The position numbers and the translations under genes are program-made. A stretch of DNA of 64,000 nt from a virus. Location of the stretch: the IMG/VR virus record IMGVR_UViG_3300028392_000030, positions 64,001-128,000 of that record, one strand, 5' to 3'. Below the pieces are notes generated by a model. It had not been told where the DNA came from and did not search any database. It was given only the letters and a program-made list of their open reading frames with translations. Shown piece by piece: positions 9,017-18,026 of the stretch (position 1 is its first letter; the number at the start of each line of letters is the position of its first letter).

Positions 9017-9315
9017 TGAAAACCACAGTTAAAAAAAACTTGATCATATTCCATAGGCCCAGCGAGTGGGCTGAGTTGGCTGAACGTCTCAGGACCGAGT
9101 ATGGCCCAAGTGTGATGATTTCATTTACGTGCAAACGAAAACTGGGATTTACAGTGCGTCATCACAAAGGTTTGGTGCCACACGATGCGGTACAATGGGT
9201 ACAGCTAAAGGAAGAAGGATGGACACATCGTTACCATTATGAAGATCAAGTGCATCTGGATTTTTATAACGAAGCCCAACAGACTTGGTTTGTGCTAAAA
9301 TACTTGAATCTTTAG
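9016..9315 (+). CDS. small phage protein with C-terminal F-x-L-K-Y motif
   Basis: TAATG overlap; ends FYNEAQQTWFVLKYLNL. Confidence 0.7.
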   Translation: MKTTVKKNLIIFHRPSEWAELAERLRTEYGPSVMISFTCKRKLGFTVRHHKGLVPHDAVQWVQLKEEGWTHRYHYEDQVHLDFYNEAQQTWFVLKYLNL

Positions 9316-9318
9316 CGG

Positions 9319-9347
9319 TTGACCAGAAAATGTCTTTGTTGTATAAT
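9319..9347 (+). promoter_or_regulatory. sigma70-type promoter
   Basis: TTGACC (9319-9324), 17 bp, TATAAT (9342-9347); AAGGA SD before ATG 9373. Confidence 0.85.
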
Positions 9348-9372
9348 ATAGACTTAAACACTAAGGAATCTG

Positions 9373-9807
9373 ATGCAGTATCAAATTGAATGTCGTAGTA
9401 AAGCTCGTCAAGTTCTCATTGATTCACTGGTGCGAGTATTAATACCCGAACTCCGACTCACTCGCAGTCGTTTTAATCTATTGATCCGGACCGATCGCGG
9501 CTTGGCCCGACGTGATGGCATGCGTGGTGTTGTTGGACCAGATCCAGACAATCCAATGAGTATCATAATGCTGTTGGATTCTGCATTGGCTAGCGAGTCA
9601 TTGATTGACACGTTATGTCATGAGATGGTACATGTCAAGCAATTTGCCCTGGGCCAAGCACAGGTTAAATACCGTGGCGAAAAACCCACATTCTATTGGC
9701 TGGGGCGCAGAGTCCGAGCAGATTATTGGGACCAACCTTGGGAGCAAGAAGCATGGCGCAGAGAACGAGTGCTGGCCAGCAGAATTTACAAGATTCTTGC
9801 TGGTTGA
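9373..9807 (+). CDS. zincin-like (SprT-like) metallopeptidase-domain protein
   Basis: TLCHEMVHVKQ HExxH motif and downstream PWEQEA. Confidence 0.7.
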   Translation: MQYQIECRSKARQVLIDSLVRVLIPELRLTRSRFNLLIRTDRGLARRDGMRGVVGPDPDNPMSIIMLLDSALASESLIDTLCHEMVHVKQFALGQAQVKYRGEKPTFYWLGRRVRADYWDQPWEQEAWRRERVLASRIYKILAG

Positions 9808-9832
9808 CCGGAAAAGGCCTTTGTTGTATAAT
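9804..9832 (+). promoter_or_regulatory. sigma70-type promoter
   Basis: TTGACC (9804-9809, overlapping the upstream TGA), 17 bp, TATAAT (9827-9832); AAAGGA SD before ATG 9861. Confidence 0.85.
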
Positions 9833-9860
9833 TGTAGTATAAGTTAATAAAAGGATCACG

Positions 9861-11150
9861 ATGAGCACAGCCACTACAGCAAATAAAAAAGAATCCGACA
9901 AGTTTAAAAACCTGTTGGGTGCAACAGATCCTAAACTGGATCGCGAAGTGCGCGAAATACTGATAACTGCTCGTGTGGGCCTGTTGCTCCGTGCCAGCTT
10001 TTTTGGTAACTTGGCCACCCGTCTTAAATTAGTAAACGCCGACGAATGGTGTCCTACTGCCGCAACAGACGGTCGCAATTTCTATTACAATACCCGTTTT
10101 ATTAAAATGCTCAAGCCCAAAGAGGTTGAGTTCTTGTTTGGACACGAGGTTTTGCATTGTGTTTACGATCACTTTGGACGCAGAGGCGATAGAGACCCGC
10201 AACTGTTCAACATTGCCAATGACTATTGTGTTAACGCAGACTTGAAAAAACACCGTGTTGGCGAGTTTATTACTTCGGTTCCATGCTTGTACGATCCCAA
10301 GTATCAAGACATGAGTTCGGAAGAGATCTACGACATCTTGTATGAGAACGCAGAAAAGATCGACATTGGCAGTTTGATTGACAAAATGCTGGATGAGCAC
10401 TTGGATGGTGAAGGTGATGGTGAAGGGTCTGGCAAAGACGGTGACAAAGAAGGCAACGGCAATGGCCGTCCTAAATACAGTGCAGAAGAAAAACAAAAAA
10501 TCCGTGACGAGATCAAAGAAGCGGTATTAGCGGCCGCGGCTGCAAGTGATGGTGCAGGTAACTTGCCCGCTGGTGTCAAACGCATTATCCAGGACATGAC
10601 TGCACCTAAAATGAATTGGCGTGAGCTTATTCGTATGCAATTAGAGAGCACTATCAAAAGTGACTACACCTGGTTACGAAGCAGTCGTCGAGGCTGGCAC
10701 ATGGATGCTGTTATGCCCGGCATGAAACTGGATCCTATGATTGATATTGCCATCAGTATCGATGCGTCAGGTTCAATGGGCGAGGACATCCTGAAAGATG
10801 TGTTGGGCGAGGTAGCAGGTATTATGGAACAGTTCCCTAACTATCGTATCCATGTGGTATCGTTCGATACTGAAGTGTATAACCCACAACAATTTGACAG
10901 TGAAAACTTAGACGACATTACTGAGTATGAAGTAATGGGCGGCGGTGGCACTGACTTTGATTGTGTGTTTAACTATTTCAAAGCCAACGAAATCGAACCC
11001 AAGCGTCATATTATGTTTACAGATGGATACCCATGTGGTTCGTGGGGTGATGAGCAGTATTGCGATACAGTTTTTATCATGCACGGTACCACAACAATTG
11101 TTCCACCATTTGGTCAGTTTGCTTATTATGAAGAAGAAAAGAGCCACTAA
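9861..11150 (+). CDS. metallopeptidase-vWA protein (DUF2201-like), MoxR partner
   Basis: TAATDG, HEVLH, G/D/E-rich linker, MIDAS DASGS, GGGTDF, FTDG. Confidence 0.85.
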   Translation: MSTATTANKKESDKFKNLLGATDPKLDREVREILITARVGLLLRASFFGNLATRLKLVNADEWCPTAATDGRNFYYNTRFIKMLKPKEVEFLFGHEVLHCVYDHFGRRGDRDPQLFNIANDYCVNADLKKHRVGEFITSVPCLYDPKYQDMSSEEIYDILYENAEKIDIGSLIDKMLDEHLDGEGDGEGSGKDGDKEGNGNGRPKYSAEEKQKIRDEIKEAVLAAAAASDGAGNLPAGVKRIIQDMTAPKMNWRELIRMQLESTIKSDYTWLRSSRRGWHMDAVMPGMKLDPMIDIAISIDASGSMGEDILKDVLGEVAGIMEQFPNYRIHVVSFDTEVYNPQQFDSENLDDITEYEVMGGGGTDFDCVFNYFKANEIEPKRHIMFTDGYPCGSWGDEQYCDTVFIMHGTTTIVPPFGQFAYYEEEKSH

Positions 11151-11326
11151 TGCAACAAGAAGTAAACAGTTTCGATCGTATGCTTGTGGTACACGATTTG
11201 ATTAGACAAGGTATTGAAAACTACAGCATACAACCTGGGAACAATTGTGTTTGGGTCACGTATGGTCGTGTCAATTGCTACTATATCATCCGCGAAGGAC
11301 GTATAGTAGAAGTGCAGTTTGACTAA
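11150..11326 (+). CDS. 58-aa hypothetical protein (absent from the ORF track)
   Basis: Hand-translated: MQQEVNSFDRMLVVHDLIRQG...YYIIREGRIVEVQFD; TAATG overlap. Confidence 0.6.
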   Translation: MQQEVNSFDRMLVVHDLIRQGIENYSIQPGNNCVWVTYGRVNCYYIIREGRIVEVQFD

Positions 11327-11336
11327 GGAAATTAAA

Positions 11337-11978
11337 ATGACCTGTAAAACTCATCCAGACGCACCACATGGGTTTATGAGAGATGCTTCTCATTCAGCCG
11401 GAGAATATGTGTGCGAGTGTGCATTTTGGGAAGAACCTGTAGATGAAAGCAAATATATGATTACCGTAAAAGAATTTTTTGAAACATTTGGGCACCGCAT
11501 TACCGAAGGCAGCAATTACGGCTGGACCTGTTATGGCCCTGACAGTTACTCATTGAGCTACTGGAATGGCATTCACGGCGCGGGTGGTTTTGCTGGCAGC
11601 GTGGTATTTGATACTCATACACAAACTGTGTATGAGGCGGAAGTGTGCGATTACACCCGTGATCGTGCTTATCGTTTGATCAATCCTGCGTATCTTGAGG
11701 CGCATCGCAAAGAAGCCAAACAACTCAATGTCAACATGAGTCAAGCATGGGACGATGTGAACTTTGTTGATCTAGATGTCAAAGAAGATTGGTTGGAAAA
11801 GGCCCAGGCCATTGTGGCTGGCAAAGATTACGATGATCGTGTTCAGATGCCGTTGGATCTGGACAATGAGTTGCTGTTTGATTTGATGAAACGAGCACAC
11901 GAACAGGACATCACGCTGAATCAAATGATTGAACAGGTTCTTAGAGCCGCAATTGAACAGCATGAGAAAAATGGTTGA
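11337..11978 (+). CDS. hypothetical phage protein with N-terminal Cys/His motif
   Basis: CKTHPDAPHGF...SH...YVCEC; AAGGA SD before ATG 11337. Confidence 0.7.
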   Translation: MTCKTHPDAPHGFMRDASHSAGEYVCECAFWEEPVDESKYMITVKEFFETFGHRITEGSNYGWTCYGPDSYSLSYWNGIHGAGGFAGSVVFDTHTQTVYEAEVCDYTRDRAYRLINPAYLEAHRKEAKQLNVNMSQAWDDVNFVDLDVKEDWLEKAQAIVAGKDYDDRVQMPLDLDNELLFDLMKRAHEQDITLNQMIEQVLRAAIEQHEKNG

Positions 11979-12090
11979 GTGGTTGGTGATTGTTGGTATG
12001 TTCGTGGCACTGTATATCAACTGGACTGACTTTCCTCGACAGCGACAAATCGTAAGAGGACCGCTGATTAAAATTGAGATTGAAAAATGA
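11971..12090 (+). CDS. 39-aa putative membrane peptide (absent from the ORF track)
   Basis: MVEWLVIVGMFVALYINWTDFPRQRQIVRGPLIKIEIEK; fills the gap and overlaps both neighbours. Confidence 0.45.
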   Translation: MVEWLVIVGMFVALYINWTDFPRQRQIVRGPLIKIEIEK

Positions 12091-12272
12091 TCAAAGGCTT
12101 TGAACATGTCGGAACAGATCATCGGTGCAATGTATGTGCTTGTGACTTCACCGAAGACGAAGGTGGAGTCGTAGGTTACTTTGGTATTCTGCCTGTGGCT
12201 TTTTGTCCTACATGTTATAGCAGCATGGTGGATATGGTCTCGCAAGATTTAGACATTGGAGTTAAAGAATGA
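12087..12272 (+). CDS. small Zn-finger-like protein
   Basis: CNVC...CPTC. Confidence 0.6.
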   Translation: MIKGFEHVGTDHRCNVCACDFTEDEGGVVGYFGILPVAFCPTCYSSMVDMVSQDLDIGVKE

Positions 12273-12619
12273 GCGGTTGGAACACAATTGAAAGAATTCG
12301 ACGCATTGAAAAGCAAATCGATGCACTTGGCTTTAAGTTTAGCAAAGGTAACACCGCTTATAGCGATCACAGTACCGTGAGTCTTGTTCCAAAGGACTTA
12401 GAGTCATTGTCCATCTACAGTCGCGATGCTGAACTGTATATTGGCAGTTTGGAACAACTTGAAACATGGTTGCACGGTGTCGAATGGGCTCGCAACTATG
12501 ATCGTATGTTAAAAGTCAGCAATGATAAAAAACGATCCCAGGCTGAACAAAAAGAACGCAATCGCCAATTGATGCAGACCATTAAAACAGGTAAGCGTGT
12601 AGAAGGAACAATACGATGA
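12269..12619 (+). CDS. hypothetical phage protein
   Basis: ATGA overlaps at both ends; GGAG SD. Confidence 0.7.
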   Translation: MSGWNTIERIRRIEKQIDALGFKFSKGNTAYSDHSTVSLVPKDLESLSIYSRDAELYIGSLEQLETWLHGVEWARNYDRMLKVSNDKKRSQAEQKERNRQLMQTIKTGKRVEGTIR

Positions 12620-12837
12620 ACGAACGAATTAGGCGACTTATGGAACAGGCTGTTACGTCAATTGACGGACAAACTTTTGGTAAGACTCATATACCAGATG
12701 CTTTTACAGAAAAATTCGCTGAGTTGATTGTGCGGGAATGTGCCGCAGAGGCTGACCGGCAAACCATCTACTGTAGAGGTATTCCTTGGGGTCGATGGAT
12801 TCGAGAACATTTTGGAGTTGACTCAAAATTTGAATAA
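12616..12837 (+). CDS. small phage protein, EKFAELIVREC...HFGV family
   Basis: Paralogous to 15234-15494. Confidence 0.7.
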   Translation: MNERIRRLMEQAVTSIDGQTFGKTHIPDAFTEKFAELIVRECAAEADRQTIYCRGIPWGRWIREHFGVDSKFE

Positions 12838-12846
12838 TGCTATAAT
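12818..12846 (+). promoter_or_regulatory. sigma70-type promoter with extended -10
   Basis: TTGACT (12818-12823), 17 bp, TGc-TATAAT (12841-12846). Confidence 0.85.
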
Positions 12847-12875
12847 AACTTATACAAACACAAAGAAAGATTATA

Positions 12876-14816
12876 ATGTCTAAAATTTTTAAGGATTTCC
12901 GAACAAGACGCAACTCCTCTGCAGGAGATTTAATTGAGCTTCAAAGGACTCGAGTAATTGGTAATTGGCCTAATTTTAAACATTGTATCCAAAATAAATT
13001 ACCAATCTATGCGTTAGCGGATACCCAGTCTGGAAAAACTTTCTTCAAATTCTGGTTAGCAGATCAGGCATTAAAAGATGGTATTGTGGATAATGTTATC
13101 ATTAGCACTACAAATCTAACAGGGGCTATGACACAGATGTTTGATCGAGCGGTGGATTGGGGGAAAATGCACGGTCGCCAAATTAAAGGCACTACTGATA
13201 AAAATGCCTATATGGTTAAAGGCGACATCTTTATCAATATGACCAATGTAAATAGAACAAATCGAATTGATGCTATTGTTAATGATGCTGAAAAAACAGC
13301 AAAAAAACTTAATAAATCTGCTCCGAGGATTCTTGTAATAATGGACGAGGGGGAAGAATTTCATGAACTAACCGAAACAAGCCTGTGCGACACTGCACTA
13401 GGAAATTTATTAATCCACAGTCGGCATAATATCAGCAAAGTTTCTGTTAGTGCTACTTTGTTGAGCCATCTTCTTATTCACGGAAAATATAGTTCAGATC
13501 TTGGATATATCACTAAAGAACAAATCTATCAAATCCCAAATCACCCGGACTACAAAGGAATAACAAATTCAACTTTACAAAATCCGTTTATTGAACCTGT
13601 GCTTGTGTCAGAGGCAAACTTTAGCGGAGATTGCTATACTAAAAAGGCAAATCTCCGTAATACATCTAATATCAAGATTACAGTTGATCAAATTGAAACT
13701 TTAATTGCTGGACAAAAGCACATCGGAGACGATGCTCAGACTAAATCTTTGGTACAAATTGGAAATGTAGTATTTGGTCGTGTGAGAAGCGGACATTTAC
13801 AAGTTGCCGATATGTTTAGTAGGGCTTTTCAAAATAAAGGTAGGACAGTGTCATTATGGGATGGTGAAGATTTTAATCAACTTAATCATTCGTCAAATAT
13901 TGTTATTATGATTCATAACGGTCACGCCAAAGATCTTACAGTATCAGAAAAATTAACAGCAATTGCTCACGGCTGGAATCGAAATAACTTAAAGGCAATT
14001 ATTATTATTAGTAAAATGATGACTGGCAAAAGTATTACTGTAGAATGCGATAATTGGTACGAGCCGTCTAGTCCAGAATTTGGATTTTATGCTAATTTTA
14101 CAGCATACTACGGCCCACCAAAAGAAAATATTACTACCGGCATTCAAGCAATGCGGTGTACCGGCATTCGACCTTCTATTAAAAAAAATGTTATGTGGAC
14201 CACTGATGATACAAAGCAAGACATTGAAAACTACAAAGATCAAATTACAAGATTTATTGCTCATTTGAATACAGTAGGTACTATAAATCAGACACAGATT
14301 ATTGATTGGGTTATGGGAAATCGACCTGTTACTAAAGCTGCCGTACAGAAAAAACTAGGAATACTCAACGGCAGTAGTAATCGGAGTGCTAGTGAATTAA
14401 TAAATGATTCTGAAAGACATATAAGTGTAAAAGCAGATATGTTAATTAAAGTTTCCAATATAATATACAATAAAATACATACCAATGGAGCAGCAATTTG
14501 TCAGTTTGTTATTCAACAAGGGTTTAGCCCTGCAAGCACCAACTTAACTGAATGGGAAATTCGACAGGATAGACACTATCCTACTGATAACAGTGCCCGA
14601 CATGCTTTTAAAAATCACACAAGTGGCAAGATGGTTAAAGCACACTGGGTCAAAGAATCAAAAGGTTGGTTACTTTATGTTAAAAATAATATGAATGCTT
14701 TTCCCCGCGTAGAGCATGTTATCCATGCTATTAATAACATAGGTCGCCCTGTATTTAAAAATAGCCGATTCTATACAGGACATGATAAAGGTGCATACAC
14801 ATTCAAGGTGTCATAA
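12876..14816 (+). CDS. SF2-helicase-like / Z1-domain-like P-loop protein
   Basis: DTQSGKT (Walker A), IMDEGEE (Walker B), SVSAT (motif III), MMTGKSIT, IQAMRCTGIRP (motif VI-like). Confidence 0.55.
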   Translation: MSKIFKDFRTRRNSSAGDLIELQRTRVIGNWPNFKHCIQNKLPIYALADTQSGKTFFKFWLADQALKDGIVDNVIISTTNLTGAMTQMFDRAVDWGKMHGRQIKGTTDKNAYMVKGDIFINMTNVNRTNRIDAIVNDAEKTAKKLNKSAPRILVIMDEGEEFHELTETSLCDTALGNLLIHSRHNISKVSVSATLLSHLLIHGKYSSDLGYITKEQIYQIPNHPDYKGITNSTLQNPFIEPVLVSEANFSGDCYTKKANLRNTSNIKITVDQIETLIAGQKHIGDDAQTKSLVQIGNVVFGRVRSGHLQVADMFSRAFQNKGRTVSLWDGEDFNQLNHSSNIVIMIHNGHAKDLTVSEKLTAIAHGWNRNNLKAIIIISKMMTGKSITVECDNWYEPSSPEFGFYANFTAYYGPPKENITTGIQAMRCTGIRPSIKKNVMWTTDDTKQDIENYKDQITRFIAHLNTVGTINQTQIIDWVMGNRPVTKAAVQKKLGILNGSSNRSASELINDSERHISVKADMLIKVSNIIYNKIHTNGAAICQFVIQQGFSPASTNLTEWEIRQDRHYPTDNSARHAFKNHTSGKMVKAHWVKESKGWLLYVKNNMNAFPRVEHVIHAINNIGRPVFKNSRFYTGHDKGAYTFKVS

Positions 14817-15052
14817 TGAACCAGATTAGTCAGTATCTTGTCAGCATTGATCGGCCACCCTATGTGAATGGTAGGCGGGTAGGACAAGCGATCCCGTGTA
14901 CCAGTTATGGCGAGCCTGCTTGGTCCATCTCGTTCTATAATGGTTATACTATTACCAACAATCCTGTATTCACAGACGAAGACGGACTGAATGAAGCACC
15001 ATCAATTATAGAATTTGCAAACAACTTAGGATATAAACCATGTACCAATTAA
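14816..15052 (+). CDS. hypothetical protein
   Basis: TAATG overlap; 78 aa. Confidence 0.55.
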   Translation: MNQISQYLVSIDRPPYVNGRRVGQAIPCTSYGEPAWSISFYNGYTITNNPVFTDEDGLNEAPSIIEFANNLGYKPCTN

Positions 15053-15237
15053 TCTTTACATTTTTGGTTGTGACCAAAGCAGGGCTTCCGGGCTTTAATA
15101 TAGAACACATCAGTCAGTTTCGTGAAATAGAGGACTGTGAAAAGACCAAGACCGCCATGGTTGCATACATGGATCGGTTAGTGCGAGAGAACAAAATGTT
15201 TCCCGGCGTATTCGAATGTCAAAAGGTACAGCGATGA
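15040..15237 (+). CDS. small protein with hydrophobic N-terminus and CE...C pair
   Basis: MYQLIFTFLVV...DCEKTK...FECQK. Confidence 0.6.
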   Translation: MYQLIFTFLVVTKAGLPGFNIEHISQFREIEDCEKTKTAMVAYMDRLVRENKMFPGVFECQKVQR

Positions 15238-15494
15238 ACAAACAGATAGAACAATTTGCACTTGAATCGGGTGCTTGGAATCAAGTGTATGGCAACAGGA
15301 TGTTTATGATTGACGAACACTTTGATATTGAAAAGTTCGCCCGGTTGATTGTTCGGGAATGTATTGACAAGATTACAACCTATGATTTGGTTCCTGGACA
15401 TTCTGCCAAGTGGGAAGATATCTACGATATCCACACCAGATTGCTACAAGACTTGGGTGAAGAATTGAAAGAACATTTCGGAGTTGAACCGTGA
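15234..15494 (+). CDS. small phage protein, EKFARLIVREC...HFGVE family
   Basis: ATGA overlap; paralog of 12616-12837. Confidence 0.7.
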   Translation: MNKQIEQFALESGAWNQVYGNRMFMIDEHFDIEKFARLIVRECIDKITTYDLVPGHSAKWEDIYDIHTRLLQDLGEELKEHFGVEP

Positions 15495-15667
15495 ATGAAA
15501 TACTATTGGTGGCAATACTGACTTTGCCCAATACCGGACATGTGGTATACGAAGTGGCAGGTGCTTACCCCGATCGTCGAGCCTGCGAAACGGCCCGTCG
15601 TGAACAACAACGAATTCCACACGCAGTCAGAACTGGTTACATGTGCTTGCCCAGAGATCGAGTATAA
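15491..15667 (+). CDS. 58-aa protein with hydrophobic N-terminus and CE...C pair (absent from the ORF track)
   Basis: GTGA overlap; MNEILLVAILTLPNTGHVVYEVAGAYPDRRACETARREQQRIPHAVRTGYMCLPRDRV. Confidence 0.55.
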   Translation: MNEILLVAILTLPNTGHVVYEVAGAYPDRRACETARREQQRIPHAVRTGYMCLPRDRV

Positions 15668-15692
15668 AGGTTAATACAGTATCAGTTTAGCC

Positions 15693-15718
15693 AAAACACC
15701 TCTAAATGAGGTGTTTTT
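15693..15718 (+). terminator. rho-independent terminator
   Basis: AAAACACCTC-TAAAT-GAGGTGTTTT plus T tail. Confidence 0.8.
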
Positions 15719-15764
15719 GTTTGTGAAAATAAATCAACCTCACATATCGGTGTTAAATATCTAT

Positions 15765-15974
15765 ATGGAAAATAACACAATTACAATCTCTGATCTTGAC
15801 ACCGTCAAGAACATTATCAATTTGGCCTCCACACGTGGTGCATTCCGCGGTGAAGAACTCAGTATGGTGGGCACTGTGTATGACAAGCTCACTGCGTTTT
15901 TAGAAGCAGTAATCGAACAGGCGAAAGCCCAAGAAGCAAACAACGCTGTAGCCGGCGAAACTCAAGGAGAATAA
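15765..15974 (+). CDS. hypothetical phage protein (probably late, leaderless)
   Basis: TAAATA (15754-15759), 5 nt, ATG 15765. The track's longer start lies inside the terminator. Confidence 0.7.
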   Translation: MENNTITISDLDTVKNIINLASTRGAFRGEELSMVGTVYDKLTAFLEAVIEQAKAQEANNAVAGETQGE

Positions 15975-15975
15975 A

Positions 15976-16731
15976 ATGGCATTTATGAAACACGTAGGAA
16001 AACATGGAGACCGCAAAGTCTGCATCCTGTTCCGTCAGGTACCAGGCGAAGATCACATGTGCTTATGCATTTATCCAGAAGTATTGCCAGCACACTGGCA
16101 AGACTCAATTCAACGAGCACTGGAAAGTGAAGTGGCACAGCAGAGTGAAGAATTGGCCGATGCACTGCATCGCAGTTTCTTGCCAGATGGTCGACCAGTG
16201 CTGGAAACGCTACACCAAGAGCGTATGATCAAGAAGTTGCGTACCAGCGATGTTATTGTTACTCCAACCAACGAAGCCAAAATTCGCCTGGATGAACTCA
16301 ACAAGATGTTGAACGAAATGAAGCAAGGCGAAGCTGCTATCAAGAAGATGGCCGAGAACGATGCCAGTCGTGGCATGGTTGCTCCAGAAGTCAAACGCAA
16401 AGCCGAAGCTGCATACAAAGCTGGGCAGGTGGCCAAAGCCAATCCTGCTTATGTTGCACCCCCCACACTCAAGGCCGGTCAAGATGGTGCCCTAAGTGAC
16501 CGTGACATTGCGGCCAACATGTTGGCACAGGCCAAGACTATGGAAGTGAATGCCCGTGCTATGGTTGCCGAAGCAGCCCGTATGAAGAAGGATGCTGAGC
16601 GCATGGATCCTACTGTCACAGCTCGAGCCACTGCAACTGCTCCTGCAACTGAGTCTTTTGAAGCACCAAAAAAACGCACTCGTGGTCCTAACAAACCCAA
16701 AACTGTAACGGCAGATGCAACACACGGATGA
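15976..16731 (+). CDS. hypothetical phage protein with Ala/Lys-rich C-terminal half
   Basis: AAGGAG SD; 251 aa. Confidence 0.8.
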   Translation: MAFMKHVGKHGDRKVCILFRQVPGEDHMCLCIYPEVLPAHWQDSIQRALESEVAQQSEELADALHRSFLPDGRPVLETLHQERMIKKLRTSDVIVTPTNEAKIRLDELNKMLNEMKQGEAAIKKMAENDASRGMVAPEVKRKAEAAYKAGQVAKANPAYVAPPTLKAGQDGALSDRDIAANMLAQAKTMEVNARAMVAEAARMKKDAERMDPTVTARATATAPATESFEAPKKRTRGPNKPKTVTADATHG

Positions 16732-17017
16732 TTTTATAAGCCAATGGGAACTGATTCTTGCCGACGTAAACAAAACTGATGTACCACTAGAGTGCATTAA
16801 AAAAGTTGTGATCAAGCTGGCCGGCGGCAAGCAGAAAACCATCAACGTGCATACACTACTTAAACAAGGTCTGGACCTAGAAGAAGTCGAAAGCATGCTG
16901 ACTCGCTACTTTGGTGAGAATGACCATAACATTCGAGATGTGGACTTTGTGATAGATGTCTCGGCTGTGGCCAATCTCGTTCAACCCGAAACTGATAAAT
17001 TACTTGGAAAACTCTAA
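16715..17017 (+). CDS. hypothetical phage protein
   Basis: ORF track; overlaps the upstream gene. Confidence 0.7.
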   Translation: MQHTDDFISQWELILADVNKTDVPLECIKKVVIKLAGGKQKTINVHTLLKQGLDLEEVESMLTRYFGENDHNIRDVDFVIDVSAVANLVQPETDKLLGKL

Positions 17018-18026
17018 CCAGTTGTCTACGGCCGAGCAGGCATTAAACACACATGTTGGCGCACATTCTAATAAAAAATGGGCCCAACTCTGTGTTAAAT
17101 CAATAGGACAAGATCGAATATTTGACAAGACCAAATGGAATTGGCCCGTTGATGTTGACTCTGTTACAGCAGAATTAAAAAAAGGCCCATTGGTCGTGTT
17201 GATGGCTCAGGATCCTTTTAACAATCACGAAGAAAATACTGCTAAACAACTGTCACAAATAACCGATGATTTTGTAATACTGTCAGGCAATGCCAAACAT
17301 TTTTTAAATCCAAAAAAACACATTTGCTATTTGCCCTATTGGTATCTGACGCAAAAATCAAGATTCAACCCGGTACCGGCCGACAGCTATCAAAAACAGT
17401 ATATCGTATCTTCGTTAAATGGCCAATCTAAATATCATCGCATCGAAAACTTTATCAAGTTGAGAGCTAAACCATACTTCAATAAAATACTGTTTACAAT
17501 GCACAACAACTTTGACCTAGAAAGATGCAAACTAGAAACACAGGAAGAATTTTGGAACAGCGACATAGTCAAACAGTTTGAATCGTTGCTAGACTCTGAA
17601 GAATTGCAACAGGGATATACCAACGATCATTCGGCCGTTCATCCGGCCTACAGCGATGCTTATGTGAATTATGTAACAGAAACATCTATTAGAACTAGTG
17701 AAATTTTTTGCAGTGAAAAAACATGGAAACCCGTTATGACTGGACAATTTGGTATCTGGTTATCAAATCCCGGTCATGTAGAGTTTTTAAGAGCCATCGG
17801 ATTGGATGTGTTTGATGATGTATTTGCGAGACATGCCTATGATAGTAAACCCAATTTGAATCAAAGAATAGATTCTATTCATACATTAATTGACAGCATT
17901 ATGTCAACGGATCTAACATCTATATACCAAGACACCCTAGGAAGAAGACAAGCCAATATAAACTTATTATACAGCGACGAGTTTGAAAATTTATTAACTA
18001 AACAATGTGAAGAGTATCAATTATGA
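16956..18026 (+). CDS. glycosyltransferase-like protein (ET...[ST]EKxxKP family), start uncertain
   Basis: YVTETS...CSEKTWKP...GLDVFDDVF...YD; paralog of 24317, 31569 and 37722. Confidence 0.5.
   Translation: MSRLWPISFNPKLINYLENSNQLSTAEQALNTHVGAHSNKKWAQLCVKSIGQDRIFDKTKWNWPVDVDSVTAELKKGPLVVLMAQDPFNNHEENTAKQLSQITDDFVILSGNAKHFLNPKKHICYLPYWYLTQKSRFNPVPADSYQKQYIVSSLNGQSKYHRIENFIKLRAKPYFNKILFTMHNNFDLERCKLETQEEFWNSDIVKQFESLLDSEELQQGYTNDHSAVHPAYSDAYVNYVTETSIRTSEIFCSEKTWKPVMTGQFGIWLSNPGHVEFLRAIGLDVFDDVFARHAYDSKPNLNQRIDSIHTLIDSIMSTDLTSIYQDTLGRRQANINLLYSDEFENLLTKQCEEYQL

Noticed and set aside
10381-10480. G/D/E/K-rich low-complexity stretch in the vWA protein as a repeat element
   Set aside because: It is the usual disordered linker between the peptidase and vWA domains.
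15693-15718. Perfect 10-bp inverted repeat as a mobile-element end
   Set aside because: The 5-nt loop, T tail and position at an operon end fit an ordinary intrinsic terminator.
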